Positions 54,401 through 64,000 of a stretch of 64,000 bases of DNA are shown piece by piece (positions within the stretch are counted from its first letter, which is position 1; every line of letters starts with the position of its first letter). Made by a program: the position numbers and the translations under genes. The DNA lies in assembly GCA_951406725.2 (NCBI GenBank), contig OX597835.1, positions 47,988,001 through 48,052,000 on the forward strand, in the 5' to 3' direction. Origin of the DNA: Octopus vulgaris (taxonomy: Eukaryota). Below the pieces are notes generated by a model. It saw only the letters and a program-made list of their open reading frames with translations. It did no database searches and had not been told where the DNA came from.

Positions 54401-54981
54401 TGTATGTATGTGTGTATGTATATTGCGGGAAAGATTAATGCTTCAGACTGCACTCGACAAATAATACTGTCAAATAAATGCAGTAATAATTATTTAATTG
54501 GCAATTAAATAACTAGATGATGATGATGATGTTGATGACGTACAAACATATTTACATATATATACGCATCTATACACGCACACACCCAAACACTCACATA
54601 TCTATGTATGTATAAATATATATATATAATTATACGTGTTTATATACGTAACATCATCTTAACAGTGAATATGTGAATATGTTTATATTTATAAGGAAAG
54701 ATTTTACAATTTTCTTTATACACGCTCATAGATGTTGAACGACAGATATGAATATATACACACACATGTAGAAATGTGTATCTATATACAAGAGATACAC
54801 TTATAACGTGTGTTTGTTAACATTTGCTTATATAACGATCGAAAGATTCCTCTACCTTTATATCTATTATTGAACTATCTATCTAAGTCTTTATGCAAAC
54901 ACACACACATGTCTATACACACAAATATATACATTGATGTATATATGCATACATGGAGATATGCATATACAGATATGTATG

Positions 54982-55020
<39 letters not shown>

Positions 55021-55075
55021 CATATACACACACATATATATATATGTATACATACACACACACACTCACTCACTC

Positions 55076-55183
<108 letters not shown>

Positions 55184-55588
55184 ATAATGTTGCAAACAAA
55201 ACACTTTGTTCATAATTTTACACATGTATAGTAAACTTATATGTGAGGGTTTGTAATATGCCTCCATTTATCTTGCTTGGGTTTTTGTGTGTGTGTGCGA
55301 CCGTAATTACGCCTGCGCGTGCCTTACCGAATATGAATCTGTTAATTGAGAAAAATTAAGCAGACATGTTTAATTTATTAATCCCAATATTCGACCTTAC
55401 ATTTTAATATATCTTTAATTGTATATAGAAGTATCATATGTATATATATAATTATGTATAAACACATGTATGCATCAGCATACATATACACACATGTGTA
55501 TATAGTAAATATATTCAAGAAATGTACATATATATACAGACATATTTATACATATATATGCATATATATTGAAACACACAGATATATG

Positions 55589-55630
<42 letters not shown>

Positions 55631-55977
55631 CATGTGTTTGTGTGTGGATGGACGGATGGATGTGTAACGACCGAGGGACACGTGATCCCTAAGTGTCGTT
55701 TGGTGGGGCAAGGTTTTGCGTGTTAAAACACCAACCCAGCACTCTTCCTACATACCCGACCCTGGAGGCATCTCGAACGGTTTTGACACCGTTGGGATTT
55801 GAAATCTGAAACTCGTGGCATCGTGCTACTTATCATTAAGCATTAGCTTCAATTCGCTCTACATTTCCACAAATTCCATCACATACACCAATGCTTATGT
55901 ATATATACATGCATATAAACATCCTACATACATACAAATATTATGCATATATATATATAAATATGTATTATATATAT

Positions 55978-56019
<42 letters not shown>

Positions 56020-56369
56020 TGTATAGAATTTAAGCATCTATGTCTACGTAGCTTATATATATATACTTATGCTTGTGTTATTGGTATGTGTGTGCATGTG
56101 TATATCTATGCATGCGTCTATACGTATGCTTGTATATGTGTGTTGACGGTTGTATATGAATGTGTATGCATAAATGCGTATAATTTTGCGTTTTTATGGA
56201 TATTTGAGTGTCGTGTTTCTTTCGACTCCATCTGTATAACTTTGTGTTATATATAAATGCATATATACTTACATATATAAGTGTGTGTGTCACTGCGTGT
56301 ATGTATACATATGTGTATCTATCTATATATATATTACATGTATGTCTAAAAATATGGGCATATATATAC

Positions 56370-56452
<83 letters not shown>

Positions 56453-56622
56453 TATATATTTGGACTGCACACACGCATAATTGTGCACATACAAGAACAC
56501 ACACGCTCATACGGTGTCTTTATATATATATATATATTTATATAATATAAACAATAACGCACGCATCCATTTTTTATCTATCTATTATTTTTATTTATCT
56601 ATTTTTATCTATCTATCTATCA

Positions 56623-56662
<40 letters not shown>

Positions 56663-56721
56663 GCATATATATATATGCATATATATATATATGCATATAT
56701 ATATAAACATATATATATATA

Positions 56722-56771
<50 letters not shown>

Positions 56772-57145
56772 ATAGATAGATAGGTACGTTTACATGTTTA
56801 TACCTGTCTGCTAGGTGCATATAACACCGTTTTGCGAGCACACAGGCAGAAAATACTTGAACTAGAGAACTAAACAATCGGTCGGGTTTAGTATTACCCC
56901 CGGGGGTAGGCAAAGCCCAGTGGACTTGTTTTAATTCTCTTGCGAGGCGACTTTCTTTAGTAGATGCCGACATCTTCAGCTGAACTGCACGGGATGCTCA
57001 ACAAAGGATGCCACATCTATTGTTACTGCTCCTCTACATATGCACTAACACACACACACACACACACACATACATACATATATATATCTTCATATACATA
57101 TATGCAGATGTATGTGCGTATTTGTGCCTGTATGGTATGTGTTTA

Positions 57146-57179
<34 letters not shown>

Positions 57180-57564
57180 CTAGCAGTATCGCCCGGCGTT
57201 GCTCAGGTTTGTAAGGGAAATAACTATAAAGCATTTTTAGAGAGTTATAGCCCAAAAATAGCAAAAAAAATGGAAAAAAAATGATGGTAAATTTTTTTGA
57301 GAGTTAAAAAAGGTGGAGTTGCGTCCCCTAGACGGTCTGTGGTTTGGGTTTCTGATTCTCGACCCCATGTCGAATTTATCGATTTTTTTTCAGAACTGGG
57401 GGAACTTTTCAAAATTTTCGCTGCGTTAGTTTTGAATTATGACATTGGGCTATGTGTGTGTCAAGTTTCATTAGAATCGGTTGAAAGCCGTGGTCAGAGT
57501 GAGGGTACGAGAAAACAGACACACAGAAAACGCACAGACAAACTGCCGTTTATATATAGAGAGA
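57180..57564 (-). mobile_element. Non-autonomous Helitron
   Basis: Minus strand starts A|TCTCTCTATATATAAA and ends with a GC-rich hairpin (CCTGAGCAACGCCGGGCG) then CTAG|T; A/T insertion site, no TSD. Confidence 0.8.
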
Positions 57565-57895
57565 TATATGTGTGTGTGTGTGTGTGTGTGTATTTGAAAT
57601 AGTGAAGGATTATCAATCCGGGCCAAATACTTCATAAGTTCCCTGTTGGCACACCAGGTGTATTGAACTGATTACAGACAATAATATTCAATACTCTGAC
57701 CGTCTCCCCCATTTTGGGAATACAGTGCCCTTGCTTCTATTAAGTGACGCTTATACCTTCCCCTTACTTCCTTCCACGTCATTTGTTACTGAACTCTCTC
57801 TGTTCTCTATCCTACTTGCATCTTTCCATCTTCTTCTCCTACCTTTCCCATACGATCGCCCTTCCTTCAGTGCTTTGCTTGTTATAAGCAGAAAT

Positions 57896-58000
57896 GGCTC
57901 TGACGAAGGTAGCATTAATTTTCCTCAATTGATCAATAGACCAATTGAGTAAACTTATCAGTAATGTACCTCTGATAACCCCTGGAAACAGCTGTAGGCC
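57896..58000 (+). ncRNA. Type I hammerhead ribozyme with branched stem II
   Basis: ggct-CTGACGA-AGG...CCT-G-GAAA-CAGCTG-TA-ggcc; stem II encloses hairpins CTCAATTG/CAATTGAG and TTATCAG/CTGATAA; palindromic stem III. Confidence 0.75.
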
Positions 58001-58225
58001 GAATTTGCTCCAATAAAGAGAAAATATGTCAAAGTAACATGATTAAAGTGAGCCACATTCCTTTACAAGCTATGACCCTCACAAACTTCATACACTTCTT
58101 AGAGATGTAGTATATTCTGAGCTACGTTAATAGCAAAATGGACTTTCTCTCTCTTTTTGCTCTGTTAGAGAATTTGAGTAAAATTATATTAATGTGTCCA
58201 ACTGATTAAAAAATTATATTTATTT

Positions 58226-58313
58226 ATGCAGCTGAGGATAGCCCTGCATTTAAATTGATATAATGATTGCATTGTTCAATTAAATTGAGCCGCTTGAAAC
58301 GGTGGTACTGCAT
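58226..58313 (+). ncRNA. Type I hammerhead ribozyme
   Basis: atgcag-CTGAGGA-TAGC...GCTT-GAAA-CGGTGG-TA-ctgcat; stem I 6 bp, long irregular stem II (AATTGA/TCAATT), GUA triplet. Confidence 0.78.
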
Positions 58314-58340
58314 CACCTCTTGATATGCTGTTGCTTATAT

Positions 58341-58390
<50 letters not shown>

Positions 58391-58705
58391 TTAGAACGTG
58401 GTATTTTCAGTGACCATGAGAGTTATAACTGGCAAAATGAAGGTTACATTAAACATAATGAGGAAATTATTGAATAACCACTTTCCAGAGATTTTTCCTT
58501 TCTCGTAGTGGTCGATGTAATAGACTTGTGCCACGTCCCCACAATGAACCCTGTAACGGAGGGGTAATCGGCTCAAGCGGAATTTTGTCATCTTAGTCAC
58601 AAATAAATAATGCAAACCCGGTTACTAACCAGATGAAACCGAGGGCGCAACAAGAAATGTGTGCATATATGTATACGTATATATGTATGTATATATGTAC
58701 ATATA

Positions 58706-58866
<161 letters not shown>

Positions 58867-59405
58867 TATATATTATATATATGTTTGTACATATATGTAT
58901 ATAGATGGATATTTGTATGTATATTTGCATGTCAATTTCTATGTATTATATATGATTTTTAGCAATTCTTTATTGGCATCGTGTCAGTGACTAGAGAGCG
59001 GCCATGTTGCAACATTACCTTCCAATGTTTTAGTCGATCACAAAGAGTCTCAGTACTTTTGACCGTTCTTGTAGAAACGCTGTGCTGTAAGGTTTGTTTG
59101 ACGCACCGGTTTACGTCGGTGAACATAACGCAACAGATACGAACAGAGACATAGAGACACTCTTGCATGCCACCACATACACACAACGGTACATGAACGC
59201 GCACACACATACACATCCGTACATACATACATACATACATACATACATACATACATACATGCATACATCCGTACATACATACACATCCATATTGCGTATA
59301 TCTTTTACGTTTCATTTTCTTTAAGTCATTAAGACTGCGATCATGCTGAGGAATTGTCTCCCAAAAATATTTTTGTTGAAATTATCGACCACTGTACTTA
59401 TTACA

Positions 59406-59469
<64 letters not shown>

Positions 59470-59628
59470 GCGAATCCTAGAACTTATTCTATCTGTTTCT
59501 TTTGACAAAGCATTAAATTACGTGGACTTAAACATACCAACACCAGTTTCCAAGCAGTGGAGTGGGACAAAGACATACAGAATGACATTCACACATACAT
59601 ATGTGTCATATATGTATATATATGCACT

Positions 59629-59694
<66 letters not shown>

Positions 59695-59696
59695 TT

Positions 59697-59805
59697 TATT
59701 ACTCTACCACTGGTATTTGCGTACTCTTTTTTCCACCTTGTTTCACATTTATGTGCTTACTCCAGTGTATATATATATATGTATATATATATATGTATAT
59801 GTATA

Positions 59806-59858
<53 letters not shown>

Positions 59859-60008
59859 GACGGGCTTCTTTCAGTTTCCTTCTATCAAATCCACACACAT
59901 ATTTTACTTTGGTAAATATATGTGTAGGCGTGACTAGCATTATATATACTCCCACATATATTTACTTTATATGTGTGTGTAACTGCATGTATATATACAT
60001 ACATAAAT

Positions 60009-60051
<43 letters not shown>

Positions 60052-60078
60052 TATATAAATAGATATATATATATACAA

Positions 60079-60119
<41 letters not shown>

Positions 60120-60290
60120 TATACATACACACACAAACACCAGAGAAAGCACGTAAATGCATAAATGTGAAACAAGGTGTAAAATTATAGGACCCAATAC
60201 CTGAGGTAGAGTAATATATGTTATTATTAAAGCTGCAAAAAAGTCACAAGAAACTGCTACTCAGAGTTTCTCGTTGGCTGGACAGTTGCG
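59697..60290. mobile_element. Old inverted Penelope-type cassette pair with a hammerhead remnant (60252-60287, minus)
   Basis: 59697-59768 is a diverged reverse complement of about 60138-60216. Minus aactgt..GAAA-CTCTGAG-TA-gcagtt keeps stems I and III but has lost CUGANGA. Confidence 0.5.
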
Positions 60291-60323
60291 ATCCTGAATT
60301 ATAAGTGTCCGACAATATATGTA

Positions 60324-60706
60324 TACTCTTTTACTCATTTACTTGTTTCAGTCATTTGACTGTGGCCATGCTGGAGCACCGCCTTTAGTCGTGAAAATCG
60401 ACCCTAGGACTTATTCTTTGTAAACCTAGTACTTATTCTATCGGTCACTTTTGCCGAACCGCTAGGTCACGGGGACATGAACACACCAGCATCGGTTATC
60501 AAGCGAGGCTGGGGGACAAACACATATACACAAACACGCATATATACATATACATGCCGGGTTTCTTTCAGTTTCCGTCTACCAAATCCACTCACAAGGC
60601 TTTGGTCGGCCCGAGGCTATAGTAGAAGACACGTGCCACGCAGTGGGACTGAACTCGGAACCATGTGGTTGGTAAGCTAGCTACTTACCACACAGCCACT
60701 CCTGCG

Positions 60707-60708
<2 letters not shown>
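60324..60708 (-). mobile_element. Full-length SINE family A copy
   Basis: Reverse complement of the family A consensus. Confidence 0.92.
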
Positions 60709-60746
<38 letters not shown>

Positions 60747-60776
60747 TATACATATATTTATATATATATATACATA

Positions 60777-60836
<60 letters not shown>

Positions 60837-61397
60837 GAGAGAGAGAGAGAGAGATTGGGGGTATGAGAGAGAGAGAGAGAAAGCGAGAGAGAGGTACATA
60901 TATATGTGTATGTATCTTTGCCAATATGTATTATATCCATCCCACTTTATACAATAAACCCCGCTTAAGAACCCAACTGCAATAATCGCCTCTCCGCTGT
61001 AAGACGGCGCTGATAACAGCCTCTTGGCGGATCTTCTCTCCCTCGGCTTCAGCCTTTCTCTTCTCCTCCGCTGACTGATGTCGAAATCTAAGACTACAGT
61101 GCTAACATGTGAAATACTGTTTCGCTCTCATCTTCGTAGTTTGCATCATAGCGCAAGTGGCTGCCAGCTTTGACGGCGATGCAGGCTGCTAATATGGCTA
61201 CTTCTTCTACGTCTGCCAATGATGCTCATGTTGCTACCGCTGCCACTACTGCTGCTGCTGCTGCTGCTGCCTGCCGGCTTCGTGTTGCTGGTGTGCAACG
61301 ATGATATAACAACTCTTGTTATCACTCTACTAGCCATCGACGTTTCCCTGCTGCTCTTCCTTTTTGGTTTTGCTGCTGCTCCTTAACTGCAGGTCTA

Positions 61398-61441
<44 letters not shown>

Positions 61442-61478
61442 TTGGTGATGATCGTGTTGGTGGTAGAACTAGTAGTAC

Positions 61479-61510
<32 letters not shown>

Positions 61511-61780
61511 GCGGTTCAGCCGCCGCAGGTTCGACTTAGCAGTCTCATTTAGCATTGTTGTTTAAACCCTTGGTCAATCCTGATTGCGCATGATAAACGG
61601 CGTTTCTGACATGGCCTTCCCTTGTGCAAACGAAATCTGCTTAACGAACGCGGGTCGTGATTTCATAGGGGAGAAAAAGATGAATACACACAGACGCGCG
61701 CGCGCGAACATATATATATTTAATTTATACATATATATAAATATATATATGTGTGTGTGTATATATACATATATTTAAAT

Positions 61781-61849
<69 letters not shown>

Positions 61850-62296
61850 CTATGTGTGTGTGTTACTGTGTTGCTAAAAAGCTTGCTCTGCAACCACAGG
61901 AATCCGCGTTCAGTCCAAATGTGCGGCATCTTGAGCATGGGACCTCTGCTATAGCCAAGCACAAAACAATGCTTCGACAGTGAATTTGGAAAGATAGAAA
62001 CCGAGCGAGAGGTCCGCGGGACGCGCGCGAATTTGTGTAACTATTCCATGGGTTTGTCCCTTCCCGAAGTTTGTTATTCGATGCCGCTTTGTTTGCGTCT
62101 CCGTAAATTGGCGGTACGTCAAAAGAAACCGATACAGTAATTACCAGATTGAACAATCAGCAAATAAGTGCTCGGGTTTATTTGTGTCATTAAATCCATT
62201 AAGACAGGAGCAGTAACCAGACCGCCGTTCCATGACTGTAAAACATGTAAACGATACAACTTTAAACAAATTATATAAGAACTAACTATGTATATA

Positions 62297-62425
62297 GGCG
62301 CAGGAGTGGGTGTACTTGCTTACCAGCCACATGGTTCCTGGTTCAGTTCCACTGCGTGGCACCTTAGGCAAGAGTCTTCTACTGTAGCCTCGGGAGTGGA
62401 TTTAGTAGACGGAAACTGAAAGAAG
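62297..62425 (+). mobile_element. SINE family A 5' half
   Basis: GGCGCAGGAGTGG...GGTTCAGTTCCACTGCGTGGCACCTTAGGCAAG...GACGGAAACTGAAAGAAGC. Confidence 0.85.
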
Positions 62426-62499
62426 CATCATCTACATCGAACGGGTTCCCTCTGGCCTGAGCGTGAGTTCATGAAGAGACATTGTCGCAAAAGGCCATA

Positions 62500-62800
62500 G
62501 CACCGGCACCAGTACAAGGCACCGGTCTATAATCCAATCCTGATAACCACGTACTTGGCAGAGAGGGACATCAAAACTGTCTCACCCCACCTACAGTCCA
62601 GACCTTGCTGTCTGTGAAATTTTTTCCTCCAGCCGAAGGAGAAGATGAAATGGTCCTGGGTACCTTCATTTAGGGGACATTCAAAGGGCTTCCACGAAGC
62701 AGCTGGAGCGCTAGAACTGGTGCCCTGAATTCAGAGGAGCCTATCTTGAAGGAGATTAGGGTGTTGTAAGGGAAATTAATAAGTGTCTCTCCTGAAATCT
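62500..62800 (+). pseudogene. Decayed mariner transposase C-terminal fragment
   Basis: ..TVSPHL/PTYSPDLAVCEIF.. (YSPDLAP-like) followed by DIQRASTKQL. Confidence 0.55.
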
Positions 62801-62946
62801 TTCTAGAATGCATGCATACATACATACATATATACATACATAGACATATATACATACATAGACATATATACGTACGTAGACATACATACATACATAGACA
62901 TATATACATACATAGACACATACACACACACACACACACTCACACA

Positions 62947-62988
<42 letters not shown>

Positions 62989-63019
62989 TACGAAATGAGT
63001 TTGGAGGGATATATGGATG

Positions 63020-63103
63020 GACCCTGATGAAACTGCGCTGAAAATATTGCAAGATTGCATCTGCAACAATGTGCAGTCGCTGCAGTGGAAACACTTGTAG
63101 GTT
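63020..63103 (+). ncRNA. Type I hammerhead ribozyme
   Basis: gacc-CTGATGA-A-ACTGC...GCAGT-G-GAAA-CACTTG-TA-ggtt; stem II 5 bp plus inner GATTGCAT/GTGCAGTC helix, GUA triplet. Confidence 0.75.
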
Positions 63104-63752
63104 ATTGTAATATGCTGCAAAGAGCTATAAAATAAATATGGCGTATGTACAAGTCTCTGTACTAACTATCATAAACACACACGTACACACACATAAGCAT
63201 AGACATTTAGCCTACCCGTTTAGATACACACCCGTGCTTAATTCACAAATTCTCTTTGCGGAACGAAGCAAAGGGCGGCAGCTAGTTTCATCTGGCCATA
63301 ACTAATTCATCAGAATTGTACATATGTTCCGTTCTGCTGAGAGAGAAAAAGAAGAAGGGCGGAGAAACTTAGTGATATTTAGGCAAATTATATAAAACAC
63401 CAGACACTGTTTCTTTTTTAATTAAGAGCATATCAATATGTTACTACGTTAATCGGTTTATAGAAAAGTTATGAATAAATCAAAAAGCATACGTTTCATA
63501 AACGCGCCGGTAGGTGGACTCTGTGTGGTCATGTGACATATGGTTTTAACATGTTGTGAATCTGTGCATCGAGGGTAAATAATTATTTTCTAACCCTATT
63601 ATACACACTGCAGAGCATTCAAATTATTAGAAATACGACACTTAACACATAAGTAATTCATAAATTGAACTAGCTTCTAGCTACGCGTCAGTTATGCAAA
63701 TCGGATATTCCAGTTCAGCGAGAGCCTTAACAGTAGTGAATATATGTGTGTA

Positions 63753-63810
<58 letters not shown>

Positions 63811-64000
63811 TACTTGGAGAATAAGAAACGACGCGAGGCGCTCAGTCATACAATAACAATGTAACAAATAAAACATATGCATACATACATACATATATGT
63901 ACATACCTATATCTATATGTATATATACATGCATATATGAGTACAGGACACCACAAATAAACGTAGAACACAACGAGAAACGAAACCATAAAAACAAACA

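Noticed and set aside
63280-63320. Minus CTGATGA...GAAACTAGC
   Set aside because: No UH triplet in register and no stem I.

Overview
Gene-poor, AT-rich eukaryotic DNA saturated with microsatellites and transposable elements. The SINE families and repeat landscape resemble an octopus (cephalopod) genome; this is an inference, no search was run. I found no credible host protein-coding gene: almost all listed ORFs are translations of (TA)n, (CA)n, (TACA)n, (AGAT)n, (CTT)n, (TAA)n or (CAC)n tracts. Recognisable elements are a 5S rRNA-like copy, a young Penelope-like element (RT + GIY-YIG, inverted pseudo-LTR), two R4/Dong-type RLE LINE remnants with a putative non-autonomous partner, RTE fragments, mariner/maT transposons, a hAT MITE, a long-TIR MITE, a non-autonomous Helitron and many tRNA-derived SINEs. 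The most striking signal is a high density of type I hammerhead ribozyme motifs. About seven have the canonical core, several more are degenerate, and two distinct motifs carry a compensatory U3-A8 core. They have unrelated stems and mostly sit in short (TA)n-embedded Penelope-type cassettes, several of which are perfect fold-back palindromes. All folds were worked out by eye and are untested.
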